A stretch of 64,000 nt of DNA. Source: Okamejei kenojei. Taxonomy: Eukaryota. Shown in pieces: positions 10,532 to 24,207 of this stretch (the first letter of the stretch is position 1; each line of letters opens with the position of its first letter). The stretch spans positions 2,666,001-2,730,000 of the forward strand of contig CM069161.1 in assembly GCA_035221665.1 (NCBI GenBank), in the 5' to 3' direction. A program made the translations under genes and the position numbers. The notes under the pieces are model-generated. The model was given only the letters and a program-made list of their open reading frames with translations, was not told where the DNA came from and did no database searches.

Positions 10532-11439
10532 GGTTGTAGGCTGCCCTAGCGAAATATGAGGTGCTGTTCTTCCAATTAGCATGTGGCCTCACTCTGACGG
10601 TGGGGAAGGCCATACCAGCTGATTTCTTCACTTATCGCAAGTGCTATTTCACAACAGCCTTGGATTGCTCACAAAAAGTCTGGTGCCGTCTCAGCCCTTT
10701 TCAGTGAAATTCACAGCTCACCTTAAATCTGTCTGAAGGAAAATTCGTTTTCTGGGCTGCTGTCACATATATTCACCTTCAGTTGCCAGCGTCAACATTG
10801 CACTGTTCCATGAGGCAATTAAAAATGCTTTCCATCTGATGTAAGTCCTGAGGGTATCAAATCCGCAGTTGGCGCAATAATTTGTTCATTACCATGCCAC
10901 GTTCTGTAACACCTAGATTAGGAAGTTCTAGCAGTAAAATGAAATAAAATACAGGAAATTATTTGACAAATGTTTCTGGCCATTAAAACAAACTCCAGTT
11001 GAGTTATATGGTGTTGCTATTTTGCCTGACATTTAGTTTTTATGTGGATTTAATGCCATTTAGAAATGGTACTCCAGTAATTGGTTGGCATTTAGTCCTA
11101 TTCACAAATTTCATCACGGGCCTCCTGTCAAATGGAGACAAAACATTGATTGTCAACATTGATTGAATGCAGGATTGGTCTTGGATATTGCATTTAAGGG
11201 GAGATATGGCCTTGGAGGTGGTACCACATAATTTTACCGCAATTGGGGGTTAACATGTGAGAGCTGGTTATGTAACCTCCAGGGCATTACCTTGGATTTT
11301 GAAGATTAGCGGTTTATCAGACCAAAGAAAATATTACAGTGATTCAATGGTGTAGATGCAAAAAAACACTACTTCATCTGTTGAGAGAATAAGAATGAGA
11401 GGATTTAATTTTAGAAACAGAACTAGGACATTAGGGAGA

Positions 11440-11562
11440 CCCTGGAAAACTCTGTCACAGAGAGAATGTGCAAATTTCACACAGACAGCAGCCAAGGTCA
11501 GGATAAAACAAGGGATTCTGGCACCTTGAGGCAATAACTCTACCAGCTGCACCACTGGGCCA
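11440..11562 (-). mobile_element. tRNA SINE 5' fragment
   Basis: Reverse complement of the SINE head: GTGGTGCAGCTGGTAGAGTT...CCTGACCTTGGCTGCTGTCTGTGTG. Confidence 0.7.
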
Positions 11563-11789
11563 CCTACACTTGTATACTGGAAAACAATAGGAGCTTGCAA
11601 GACCGAAATCCTGTTTCTATATCCCTCGATTCCTGGCCTCTGTTGGGCAGTGCTCTCGGGTTTTTTGCACAACTGGAATTTAAAACCTAATTGTTAAACG
11701 TTTTCAGGAACTCCGGGTTCGCACAGTGTACTACCAACATTTACTAAAGTTCTCGAGGTTACAATGCACTGACATGCATCAACCACTTC

Positions 11790-12330
11790 CTCGGGATGCT
11801 ACAGTTTACATTTCCTTCTGAATCTACTCTCCTTATGATGGCAACATTTTTTGTAATGACAAAATATGCAAACACTTGCTCTTTTATCCCCCTTCTCATT
11901 GTCCAGAAGATAGGACCCTTTTTTGTGACAAAATGATTTTCTTACATTTATGTCGATGTAATGTACTACATCTGTTGCTCATGATGTGGTCTCCTCTTCA
12001 GTGGGGAATCTAAAGGTAGACAATGTAATTGCTTCACAGAACATTCCCATTCAATCTTGAACCACATATCACTTCAATTCTCTGTATCATTTGCACTTCA
12101 GCCTCCTGCACTATGCTCAACATAAGCTTTCACCTCCCCCTTTGACCTTGGTTATTAGGGACTTCCAGGCTCAATTGTTAATCAGCACTGCAATATTCTT
12201 ATTCCAGATTTCAATGTTTTATGTAAGTTCAGCCACATGCTCTACATTCTCACATTCTCCAGGCTTTTGCTATCTTGCATTATCACCTTTGTTTAACATT
12301 TTTTATTTTCTCTCATCATTCATTCTATCT
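11790..12330 (+). mobile_element. Highly decayed Penelope-like GIY-YIG region
   Basis: TACTACATCTGTTGCTCATGATGTGGTCTCCTCTTCAGTGGGGAATCTAAAGGTAGA resembles the YCIRCSRCGLLYIGETKRR coding block. Confidence 0.55.
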
Positions 12331-12689
12331 CTGATCTCCTTTCCTCCCTTTTATCATTTCTCAGCATCTTAATGAAGAAAAATGGCCTCTGTCCAATATT
12401 AAATTGAATGTTTAGACAATTGCTGATGGACTTGGCCTAATGTCTGGGGCTGAAAGCTGGACTTGTTACATGGGTTATGAATTTCCTCAGGTCATCTGAA
12501 GCTGCTTTACCAGAAATTAATTATTACAATTATTCATGAATGTGGCTGAAGGAGCTGCCAAATAATGGTAGCTCAAAAAGGAAATTTACCATTATTTATT
12601 CTGGGAGCTAATGAGGTTAGCTGCGCTCAAATCATTATGTCACCGAAAAAATCGTGTATGTGGGACAGGCCCTTGTGAGATAATGGTGA

Positions 12690-13070
12690 GAGGCTGAGGT
12701 GACCATAGAAGATTAAGAGGCAAAGAAAGGAGAGAGCGTAGGAGTATTTTCCTCATGGGAGGAATATCAAAAATATGAGCACATAGGTTTACCGTGAGAG
12801 GATAGAGTTTTAAAGGGGATCAGAGGGATAATTATTTTACAATGAGAGTGACTGATATTTGGAATGCATTGCCTGAGGAGTTGGTACACTTGTATATAAT
12901 CACTATCTTTATGAGATATTTAGACATACATTTCGATAGACAAGTAATGGAAGGCTATAGTCCCAATGTGGGCAAGTAGAATCAGTATAGCATTGCTGGG
13001 CAAAAAGGATGTCATGGATTTGGTGAGATGAAGGGTCCGTTTCTGTGCAGTACAACCATAAGACTATGAA
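12690..13070 (+). mobile_element. CR1 LINE 3' fragment (decayed)
   Basis: Resembles the CR1 ORF2 C-terminus (GAGAGGCTGAGGTGACC...TTTTACAATGAGAGTG...TGGAATGCATTGCCTGAGGAG) and 3' UTR. Confidence 0.7.
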
Positions 13071-13250
13071 TAGGCGAGCCTACTCCTGTTGTTTCCCACT
13101 ACTGTGACATTATTGTCAGGTTTGCCTTAACAAGACTATGGAAATGCAAAAGAAGACCCTAATTTTGTGAAACGTTGGGCATCCCTTTCAGTCTTATATA
13201 GAATTTTATGGACCCCATTAAAATGTTTAATCAGAAGTTTATTTTATTTT

Positions 13251-13640
13251 CAAGTCAAGTCAAGAGTGTTTATTGTCATGTGTCCCAGATAGGACAATGA
13301 AATTCTTGCATTGCTGCCGCACAACAGGATATTGTAGTCATAAATACAGATCAGATCAGTGCGTCCATATATATATAGACATCAATAAACAGATAAAGTG
13401 CAATAGGTTGTTATGGTCCAGATTTTGTTTGAAGCTGTGTTTAATAGTCTGATGACTGTGGGGAAGTAGCTGTTCCTGAACCTGGATGTTGCAGATTTCA
13501 GCAGAGAGATGAGTGTGTGGCCAGGATGGTGTGGGGCCTTAATGATGCCAGCAGCCTTTTTGAGGTAGCAACTGCGATAGATCCCTCGATGGTAGGGAGG
13601 TCAGAGCCGGTGATGGACTGGGCAGTGTTTACAACTTTTC
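13251..13640 (-). mobile_element. Rex1/Babar LINE 3' fragment
   Basis: Tail CAAGTCAAGTCAAGAGTGTTTATTGTC and reverse complement of a KAAGIIKAPHHPGHTLISA-like block. Confidence 0.8.
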
Positions 13641-15964
13641 ATTACTACATTGGAATTTCTAATACCAATTTCTAATACTGTTTGAACCCTCGGAGGGCCT
13701 ACTTTTTAATCTTTTCAGTGTTGCACTGATGTTTGTCTGGATGGAATTGCCATTTCCTCAGCTGTAACATTTGGCCCTGGTATTACTACCACCACAGTCA
13801 TCTTAAAGACCAGGAGCAGGCCACCTTGGAGAACATGCTCTGCCATTAAAACTTTCAGGAAAATCATTGGAAATTATCTCAATCTCCACAAGCTGAAGTG
13901 ACTTCAGCTTCTATATGTTTCAGGACTATAGGCAATAGTTGGCATTGCTGTGTGTTACTCTTCCAATATGTTATTTAAGCTTGAAAGCATGCACAGATTC
14001 AAAACAGGTTCTTCCTCTCTGTTATCAGGATCTTGAATGGACCTTTCATATGCTCAGGATACATTTACAATCTCCCAATCTATCTCATTTGGGCCCTTGT
14101 ATCTTTTTCTATTTGTGCTTTCTCTGAACCTCTATCATTATAATCTAAACTTTGTTTCCTTTCTCTTTTTGCACTACTCATGTATATATAGTATTAATCC
14201 TGTATGGTATGATTTGCATGGATAGTTTTTCACTATATCTTTATGCATATGACAATAATAAACCGCTACCAATACCAATAATTGAATCTGAGTTATACAT
14301 ATTGGTTCAGTAGCATGATATTTCTATGAATCCCAAAGTAAATAGTTATGAGAATGTAATGGGCATCTCATAACATCTGTAATTGTTAATACCATAATGT
14401 AGCAGTAATTGTTAATTCTGTTAAACCAGCAATATAGGGTAGTGCAAGTTTACATCATAAGAAACCCAATTTCCCTTTGGAAACAACTATTTCCCAGTAA
14501 GAACAAAAGTGTCAAAAGAAGAATGATTCATGACACTCTAATTGTCCGCGTCTCCTGTTTACTGATGATCATCTTGTTCTAAAAGCACAAGAGCAGCATT
14601 GATACAAGGTAACCTGTGAAGATCAGGTGAATGCAGAGTTTGCATGGCATTGCAGATACTTCAACTAGGTTAGTATTGGTAAGCTGACTTTCCATTAAAT
14701 CAGACACAATCTAAATCGTTATTCATCCCAAGCACCAGCAGCTTAACATTGGAATTTATCAGAAATCGTGGGGGTGAAGTTAACCTCCAAAGATCAGAGA
14801 CTTTGGATCAGATGTTTTTAATACTTCAAATACTAAGTAAATAGGCCCCAAATGCAGCCACTTATGGTTTTAATGGAAGAAAGCAAGGGCAAGAGACTAA
14901 TCCACTCGCAGGAAGCAAGTGATTGATAACAGCTCTTGAGAAGGTTGCATGCTTTCTGTTTCACATGCTTTCCATTTTTAACCATTGTTAGCTGGATTTT
15001 CTAGCCTCAGGAAATCTATTCAAGGGAGGCATGAGGAACTGGAACTAAGAGGTTCGTGCTTTGCACCATCCATTGTGGCGCAAAAGGAGAAGGACTAATT
15101 CCTCTTTGTCCAGGTAGATACCATGTAAATCACAACCACCTGTTTGAACAACTGCACCATTCTATGGTCATTGACACAATTGCCAAACACCACCATCTTA
15201 TCTGCTCCACCCCCATCACCAGCACTGACTCCATTACCCTCTCCTTCTGCAGGCTTTTCCACCCATCAGGCTCAATGCTGACAGAAACAAGAAGACAGAT
15301 TTAAAATGCATCTTGTAATTAAAAAATTGAGATCATTGGACTGACTCTTATTTCTAGGTTCCCCATCAACAAGCTACCCTTCTGAACACTCCCTCCTTCC
15401 AAACCTACTGCTCAGTAACAATTGGAACAACTGTATCTACAGTACATGGAGGAGGTCATTTAGCCCATTGTTCCAGCGCCATCTCTTTAACCGTTGTTAA
15501 ATTCCTGAAACCTCCACCTTTTTCATCAACCACAATTTTCTCTTTTCATTTACCTTCTTAGTCAGTAGTGAATTTGTGCGTTGACTGATTCAGTTTAAGC
15601 GGGCACTCCAGTTTAAAGGTTTCTCATCTCTCATACATTGGTTATCTTGAACCTCTATGTTTGATTACCAAGATTACCAGTGGGTTAAAATGGTTTTGTT
15701 TTATTTGCTCTCTGAAAATCAATCTTTCATTTCTTGCCTCTTTCCTCCACACAACTTTGCTTGTTGATATGGACCTGGTGACAACCCCCCAGATCTCCTC
15801 ATGCCACCATAGCAGCACTGACTCGGGCAACATCCTCGTATTGTTCCTCTGTCCATTGCCATGTTCTGACCCACTAGTTTCACGGTCTCTGCATCACGAT
15901 ACTTTGCAGCAATCCTCCCACTGTCACATGAGCTTCACTTTGAAATGGAATTTCTCAGGGAACA

Positions 15965-16527
15965 CCAAAGATAGACACAAAATGCTGGAGTAACACTGTA
16001 GGCCAGGCAGCATCTCTGGAGAGAAGCCATGGGTGACATTTCGGGTCGAGACCCTTCTTCAGACTTCAGAACCCATTCCTTCTCTCCAGAGATGCTGTCT
16101 GTCCCGCTGATTTACTCCAGCATTTTGTGTCTATCTTCAGTGTAAACTTGCATCTGCAGTTCGCTTGGGCAGCTTACAAGCCAAGGGTATGTATGTATGT
16201 AGGATATCTCTAACTTCAAGTAGCCTCTGCATTCCCTCTCTCTACATCCCTCCTCCACCCAAGTCACACCAGCTTTTTGTTCTCACCTAGAAAACAGCAA
16301 ACAATGGCCTGTTTCCTTTATCATTGTTACTTTTTTGCATATCTTTTATCAATTTGTTCTGTATCTTTCCACATCATCGTCTATATCTCTCGTTTCCCTT
16401 TTCCATGACATTCAGTCTGAAGAAGGGTCTCGATCCGAAACGTCACCCATTCCTTCCCTCCAGAGATGCTGCCGGTCCCACTGAATTACTCCAGGGTTTT
16501 GTGAATATCTGCAGTTTCTTCCTGCAC
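15965..16527. mobile_element. Penelope-derived composite: fold-back pLTR pair plus truncated 3' end with second pLTR
   Basis: Inverted pLTR arms at ~15970-16140. Hammerhead motif CTGAAGAAGGGTCTCGATCCGAAACGTC at ~16417-16444. 13-bp TSD TTCTCAGGGAACA at 15952-15964 and 16528-16540. Confidence 0.8.
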
Positions 16528-17853
16528 TTCTCAGGGAACAGCTTTATTCTGGTAGACATTTATTTTTGAGCTCCATGTGACTAATTAGTACTTTTAGAAA
16601 AGATTATTGCAGGTTGCTCAATAAACAAAATCTCACCAGGTGCTGGAAGTAAGAAAAATAGTGCCTTTAATTTCTCTCATTATGTCTATTGACTTGCTAA
16701 AATCACTTTGGGCATTTAGCCATCTTCTGTCTGTTATGATCATTCAGTTCCTTCTCTCTAGAGTCTGTTTATCTCCTTTACCCCCTTTGTTCTGTTCCTG
16801 TCGTAATGGCTTTCATCTGTCTAATTCTTTCAAAGGGATCACTCCTGAAACAGCTTGTCTGTTCCCTCCACAAATGGCGACTGACATGTTACAGTGCCTC
16901 AAGTTTCAAATTCACCACGTTTTCAGATGTGATCTTGAACTAAACAAACAGTTTAAAGGCTAAAAATATGACCACTTAAGTGACTTGTTTTACTGCATTA
17001 TCTAATTGAATATCTCTGTTACATTGTGGGCACATTGCGAACCTCAAGAACAGATACTAGGAACTGCAGATGGTGGAATCTCGAGCAAAACGTAAAATCT
17101 TGGAGGAACTCAGTGGGTCAGGCAGCTTCTGTGGAGGGAATGGACAGGTGATGTTTGAGGTTGGGAACCTTTTTCAAAACTCAATAAAATTAGCAGCTTC
17201 CTGGCATAATTCTTGTCGGCACCTTGTGTGCAATGGCATGCATCGATCTTCATGCAACCCTTCTTTTGCACCCATCCGAATGAAATTATGCAACATTTTC
17301 TCAATTCAGAAATCATGTGTGCCACACATCAGGAACCACATGTTTGCAGTGCTCCGTGTATTTAAAGGGGTGGCAAACCTCTTTCAATTTTGTTGGGACA
17401 TCTTTTACACCCATGTTTAGTGGCTGGTCAGAGCAATTGGATCGGAGTCAGAACAAGAATACTAAAACATCTTGCCTCATCATAAGAATAATGAAGCAGG
17501 AATTCCTGACATCAGGAACATTTGAAGCAGGGTCATCCAGCAGAAGATTATTGTTTGAGTACCTGCGTGCCTGAGTGCTGCTCACTGCTCAGATTCTGAC
17601 CTGCTTCTCTCAGGCTATTGGCAACAAACTCTCTCAGTCTACCTGGCATGTCACTGCAGTCCATTAGTGAGTCCTGAATAGTGCAATGTCTTATTTAATA
17701 GAACCAAATGGTACTCTCTGTCAATCCATGAGAACGTCTTGTCTTCCCAGATGCTGAACTTGTACATGTCAGAGGCCTGACACTGAAGTCAATGTCCTGT
17801 CAGAAATGACATCTCCAGCTAAATACCTGAAAAGCTGTCTCTTATCGTTACAA

Positions 17854-17951
17854 GGTAGACAAAAGTGCTGGAGAAACTCAGCGGGTGCAGCAGCATCTAT
17901 GGAGCAAAGGAAATAGGCAACATTTCAGGGGCGAAACCCTTCATCAGACTG
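17854..17951 (-). mobile_element. Solo Penelope pLTR-derived unit with CUGAUGA hammerhead core
   Basis: Minus strand CAGTCTGATGAAGGGTTTCGCCCCTGAAATGTTG. TSD ATCGTTACAA at 17844-17853 and 17952-17961. Confidence 0.8.
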
Positions 17952-19035
17952 ATCGTTACAAAACCCATGATGCCAGCGCAGTTTACCTGCCTGACATCTC
18001 AAATGGTCACCTTTTCAAAACAACTTAATTTATTATGCTAAATGGTCCCCGTTGAATAGGTCTTAATATAAATCATATCAGGAAAAAAATGAGCTTAGGA
18101 GTTAAGCATGGATTTGGTCCTTTTTCAGACTTGCACACCACATTTGGAATGCCATCGCAATGTTGTCAATCCACCAGACTCTTTCTAGTCACTGGATAGG
18201 TACACTTCCAAACCATTCTCAACTGGAAGGAGGTTACCTTGTCTCAAACGTATGTCAATAGGACCTTCAGAATAAATGCAAACCATGTGTCACATGTTGG
18301 ACTCACGCCCTTGGTCTATGCAACCAGATGGCTCTTAAACTCCACGCACTAGTGATGACATTGCACATTAATGCTGAAAGAGACTGTCGGATTCAATAAC
18401 ATCTACACCGGGAGCCCAGTGCTCTGGAAGGGCCGCTAATGCTGATGTTTTAAAGTTGGAATCATCCAGCAGCTGTTCACATGGGACACCAGAAGTATGG
18501 TACCTCTGATGCAATGGTCTGATCAAAGTGATTTCCTTCCACTGTGAAACCCACATGTCTCTGTTACAAAAGGCACAGCTCCCAAGAGAGTTAATTTTCC
18601 TACTGTGTTCAGACTCCGTAGGAGTGGAAGGAGAAAGTTCAGGCACATCCCGTTGATTTAAACATAATCAGTGAAAATTCTTCAAACTTAAATTCCAAAC
18701 TTCAAATAAAGGGAAATCTTGGCACCATCAATGACTACATCAGCGTGTTATACTTCAGTTATAGCCATCATTCTCATCACCAGTGCAGCTTAAGCCATTG
18801 AAGCTGGTATCCTGGGGTTCTTAAGAATAAAAGATTTAATGGACAGGAACAGGTGACATTGCAGAGCAATAGAGAATTACTAATTCCACAGTATGTTAAC
18901 TGTTCCCCCTCGTACTTTGTCTCTGTGGCAGTTTTTCATGTAGGTTTGTTGGCCATACAACTTTATCCCTGCCGGTGGAACACCAGTAATGGAAGGGACT
19001 CCTTTGCAATGGAAGAGTCAGGAGGATAGGTAGGA

Positions 19036-19265
19036 AGGAACTACAGACGCTGGTTTACACTGCAGTTGTACACAAAATGTAAACAAAATGCTGGAGTAAC
19101 TCAGCGGGACCGGCAGCATCTCTGGAGAGAAGGAATGGATGACGTTTTGGGTTGAGACCCCTTTGAGGTCTGAAGAAGAGCCTCGACCCAAAATATCACC
19201 CGTTCCATCTCTCCAGAGATGCTGCTTGTCACGCTGAGTTACCTCCAGCATTTTGTGTCTTTCTT
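19036..19265. mobile_element. Fold-back (palindromic) Penelope pLTR-derived element
   Basis: Arms ACAAAATGCTGGAGTAACTCAGCG...GACCC and GTCTGAAGAAGAGCCTCGACCC...CTCCAGCATTTTGTGT are reverse complements. 16-bp TSD AGGAGGATAGGTAGGA at 19020-19035 and 19266-19281. Confidence 0.85.
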
Positions 19266-19428
19266 AGGAGGATAGGTAGGATCCTTATCAATTCTGCAGA
19301 AGAACATGACTAAAATAAGGAGACGACAGTGGTTAGTGGACAGTTAAGGATAAGGGTCTTTGGCAGAGACAGAAGATAAAGTGCAATGGGGAGGTGTCTG
19401 AAAGTGACGATTAGCTACTATGAGTGAA

Positions 19429-19671
19429 GCCCACCGAGTTCACACCGACCAGCGATCCCGGCACATTAACATTGTCCCACACACACTAGGGACCATTTAC
19501 ACTTAAACCAAGTCAATTAACCTACAAACCTGTATGTCTTTGGAGTGTGGGAGGAAACCGAAGATCTCGGAGAAAACCCACGTGGTCATGGGGAGAACGT
19601 GCAAACTCCGTACAGACAGCACCCGTAGTCGGGATCGAACCTGCAGCAACTTTACTGCTGCATCACCCTGC
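19429..19671 (-). mobile_element. tRNA SINE (HE1/V-SINE-like)
   Basis: Reverse complement of the SINE body including the B-box GGTTCGATCCC. Confidence 0.85.
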
Positions 19672-20377
19672 CTCACCAGGCAACATCTAGGTGAAGGCGA
19701 CACAAGAAACTGCAGATTCTGGAATCTTGAGTAAAACACAGCATGCTGGAGGAACTTTGCTGGTCAGGCATGATGCAAATACAACAACACTAAAATAATC
19801 AGTCTGCAGATGGGTCCCTTCCCAAAATGTCACCTTTCCATGTTCTCCAGAGGTGATGCCTAACACGCTGAGTTACCCCATCACTCTGCATCTTTTTTTA
19901 TATAAACCTGAATCTGCAGTTCTATCTTTCTACTGATAATCTGGTATTTGACTATTCAGAAAACCCATTGGTGGGATATCCGATTCACTCATGAGTTTGG
20001 TGTGTGAGCCGAGGGTCTGAACTGTGGGCAGGGTGTGTGGCATGAGCTGGTGTCAGGAACACTAAGATCAGGAACGTCAATAGGTTTACAGGTGGAACCA
20101 AGCTCTGGAGTGTTTGTTGCTGGGTTCCATTTTCCGCTGTTTTACAAACAGCTGGAAGAACTCAGTGGGTCAGCCAGCATCTGTGGAGGAAAAGGGATCA
20201 TCTATGTGTCGATCAAGACTCTTCATCGGATAACCATTCTGATGCCTCAACTTGCTGCCTGACCTGCTGAACTCCACAAGCTTTTGCTTTTGCTCTGGAT
20301 TCCAGTATTTATGTGTCTCTTGTGTCTCCAGGTTGTTTTCAATTCCCTTCATATTTACTGGGGTTGGAACAGAGCGA

Positions 20378-20927
20378 GTGATCCCTTGCCAGTGATCGCC
20401 AGTTGGAGCTCTGGAGTGTTGGGCCAGCTGACGTTAACACCGTGGAGCTGTGGTCTGCGGAGCTTCTAGCCGCGGGCGGCGCTGACCTTAACATCGCGGA
20501 GGCCTGGGGTCCCTTGCCGGTGATCGCCAGTGTTGGAGCTCCGCCCAGCTCGGCCTGTGGACTTTGGAAGCCGCGGTCTCCGGTAGGAAGTGGCCGATTC
20601 GGAAACTCCAAGCCGCTGAGTGTGTTCTTCCGTTCAGATGTTGGAGCTCCGATCGTCCCGGCGAGAGGGCCTGTGCAACGGGCCGTCCGTAGCGGCGACT
20701 GCGGATGGCTCAAAGGCCCGGACTACCGGTGAACAATGAGGAAGATGACTGAACTTTATTGCCTTCGCTCACAGTGGGAAATATCGATTCCGCTGTGGAG
20801 GATGTTGATGTTAAATTCTATCGTGTATTGTGTTCTTTTTATTTGGATGGCTGTGGTAACTCAAATCTCACTGTACCAATTGGTGCATGTGACAATAAAC
20901 GTAACTTGAACGTGAACTTGAACTTGA
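20378..20927 (+). mobile_element. GC/CpG-rich non-autonomous retroelement with Rex1-type 3' tail
   Basis: Internal repeats (TCCCTTGCCRGTGATCGCCAG..TTGGAGCTC twice; GCTGACSTTAACAYCGYGGAG twice). Ends CACTGTACCAATTGGTGCATGTGACAATAAAC plus (TTGAAC)n, like the other Rex1 tails in the window. Confidence 0.6.
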
Positions 20928-22639
20928 GGTTCTCTTTCTTACTTCCTTTAAACTCAGCGAGCTCTTTGTTGATTTACCTCTCAACTCAAGGTCCACTGTT
21001 CCACTGTTCCAGTAACAGAGTACTGCCAGAGTGTCACTGCAGAGACTCCCACTGAACGCTATCCCAGCAGCTAAACACTCCAGTCGGCAGTCTGTTCAGA
21101 TGCTGCCCAGTTAACTCTCCTAATGTCAGCTGCGTACCTAAAAATAATGGAAGAAGACAACAACGCAGCCTGCCGCACTCCTAGTCTACTGTGGATGTTC
21201 AGACAACAGCTGCAACTGACACACAAAGGCTTGGGCCTATTGCAGCAGCAGCAGTGAAGGGTGCTGTGTGAACAATGATGGTGTCAGGTGCAGGCCTGAT
21301 GCGAGAAAGTGTCAGGCACACAAACATGAACCACAGTGGAAGTGCCCTGTATCCGGGCGAGTGTTATTTCTCTCTCAAATGACCACTGCAGCCATCCAAA
21401 TGTATTTCACATTTTCAATGTCTGCAGTTGGCTTTTATTTTTCACTCTCACAATCTAACCCTTTAGTACACAGAAAAACAGCTCCTAACATTTTACAGGC
21501 TAGAAAGTGTTTTTTTCTCGCTAGGTTTTCTCACTAAATAAACCAAAGGACATAGATTTAAGGTGAGAGAGGAAAGGTCTAGTAGGAACCTGAGGGGCAG
21601 CCTTTTCACAGTTTACAGTGTACATTAGGAGAGAATGCATACACTGGGAAGACAAGTATATTATCACATCATTTCCCTCTTAATTTGCAAATTATTTAAA
21701 TATAATTTAAATAATAAATTCGCAACCAACAAAACAATGGAAGAGCAGACATTTATTCTTTTGATTTTCTCTCCCGACAGTTGGAACATTTTTATCTTTA
21801 ACACAAATTCATAACTATGACTTATAGTGTTAGAAATTGCCCTCATTGTTCCAATGTTTGATTCCCAGAATAGTCATGATATAGTTTCCAGTCCAGTTGT
21901 TTGCATGGACAGCAGTGGAGTCAAAATAGTTCAAAATATATCTCTGTGACCGCCAACTCCTACTGTAAAAGTCCAAAGAAGATTTCATTTTCTTTGCTCA
22001 CTGTTTATTCTGGAGCAACGGCTTTTATGTTTTCACTAAAAACATTTTGAGAGTGATTGAATGCGCTTTTAGCAAAACCACCACTTCCTGGTGCAGTCAG
22101 ATACCTGGGAACAGCTGCAGGAAGTTTCAGAATTGGAAAACATTGTCGCATGCTGTTCGACTGACAATGTCACATGAGAATGCAATATTAATGTGCTGCG
22201 GCGTTATCTGCAAACAGTAGAATGTCCTGAAACACGACTTTCTCACACGTTTGGATATTTTTAATCAATTTACATCAAATACATCAAAGATCAAATAGCC
22301 CATAAATATGTGGCGGTGGGTTGGTATGACCTGCACAGTATCGATGTTCCCCATTTTCCAGGAGGTTATGCAATGTTTTACATTCACTGATGCTTCTGCT
22401 GCTTTACATTGCATGGTCTCACTGCCATTTGTAACAAAATTATCAGATGCTTTGCAGCACACACTGGATCAACTACATACACACATCTGCCTTTGTCCTG
22501 TGCAGCGCCACCTGCTACACGGAAGGAGCAACGGGTCCTCCCCCCCACACAGTCCACCAAACATCACACCCATGCGATAAATCACAGCACTGGTGTTCCA
22601 TAAGGATTTGTTCTCAGCACCTTACTACAAGAATACTCC

Positions 22640-23940
22640 CTCTACATGCATGCTCTGCAGCCAAACCTGGTTCTAACTCCATCTACAAATTTGAGGATTA
22701 CACCACGGTAGTGCCTCGAATAACAAAGTGACGGAGTACTGGAATGAGATAAAGAGCTTCGTAACATGGTGTCAAGACAATAACCTCTCCCTCATTATCA
22801 GCAAGATGAAGGAGCTAGTTATTGACTTCAGGAAGCGAGGTGGTGTACATCATCCAGTCAACTACCATGGTGCCATAGTGGATAGCTTCAAGTTCCCGGG
22901 CGTAAACATCACCAACAGAGAGGTTGAAAGTTTAGTTATGATGCACGTCAGTTCCAGCCTTAGTAAGGACCCGGACCCACTACAACTCGCCTGCTTCCAC
23001 AACAGATCAACAGAGGATGTGATGACGCTGGCTCTCCACTCTGTGGTGGACCACTTGTAAAATAAGAACACTTACGTCAGGTTATTGTTATTGAATGCAG
23101 CTCGGAATTCAATGACACCATCCCCTCCAAACTTATCATCAGACTCAGAGATCTGGGAATCTGATCAGCCAAATGTAATCGGATCCTCGACTTCCTCACT
23201 GGTAGACCGCCAGCAGTAAGAATTGACAACAACACTTCCCCCTTGATAACCATCAACACAGGTGCACCTCTCAGCTGCCTGCTGAGTCGCCTGCCCTACT
23301 CTCTCTGTTCTCCTGACTGTGTAGCCAGACACAGCTCCAACGACATCTTTATATTCACTAACGACACCACCGTTGTTGGACAAATAATGGGTAATGATGA
23401 GTCAGAGTACAGGAGGGAGATTGATAATCTGATTGAGTGGTGCCAGATCAACAACCTCACTCTCAATGTTAGCAAGACCTTGGAGCTGATTTTTGACTTA
23501 ATGAAGACATATCCAGGGATTTATGAATGTATCTTCATCGATGGGATGGCGGTGGAGCGAGTCATGTTCCTAGGCATTCATATCTCTGAAGATCTGTCGT
23601 GTGCCCCCCAGCACATTGATGCGATCACAAAGATAGCTCATAAAAGCAGATACAACCAGATTCAGGAATAGCTCTCCCCCACTCTTTATCAGAGTACTGA
23701 ACAGTCCTCTCAGAAGCTTAGGGGTGTACTTCCCCAATCTACCTCATTGTTGCCCTTTATATTTTTTTATCTGCACTTTCTTTGCAACTGTAACACTATG
23801 ATGCCGAAACCTTCTATTCTGTATTCTGGCATTTTTCTCTTTCTACTGCCTGTTGTATTCATGTATATAATGATTGGACTGGAGACCACACAAACAAAGA
23901 TTTTCATTGTACTCATACACATCACAATAATAAAGCTAAA
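22640..23940 (+). mobile_element. Scrambled, decayed Rex1/Babar RT fragments and 3' tail
   Basis: ORF fragments WCQDNNLSLIISKMKELVIDFRK, DPLQLACFHNRSTEDVMTLALH, ITINTGAPLSCLLSRLPYSL and FTNDTTVVGQIMGNDESEYRREI. Confidence 0.85.
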
Positions 23941-24207
23941 CCAATGTGAGGTGTTTGCTGCTCCAGGATGTTCAGCTGTCGAAAGACAACAGGTGACTGA
24001 CAAAAATACATCATCTCTCCCATTAAAGAATGATCAGCTCACTTGCAATAAGAATGTCCCTTTCTGCTGTTGACAACATTATGGATCTGCTTGGGATGCA
24101 AGGGGCTTTTCCTTTCTCGGAATCAGGCTTTGTGTGCAGAGCAGGCAGTAGTTGGCTGCAGTTGTCATGGTGACCACCAGGAAGACACCAACTAGATTCA
24201 CCAGATA

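Larger units (their letters stand above)
10061..10612 (-). mobile_element. Penelope-like element 3' fragment (GIY-YIG end plus pLTR), interrupted at 10363-10531
   Basis: Reverse complement of pLTR (TTTCGGGTTGAGACCCTTCTCCAGACTG) and of the GIY-YIG C-terminal coding region (GCGAAATATGAGGTGCTGTTCTTCCAAT). Confidence 0.85.
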
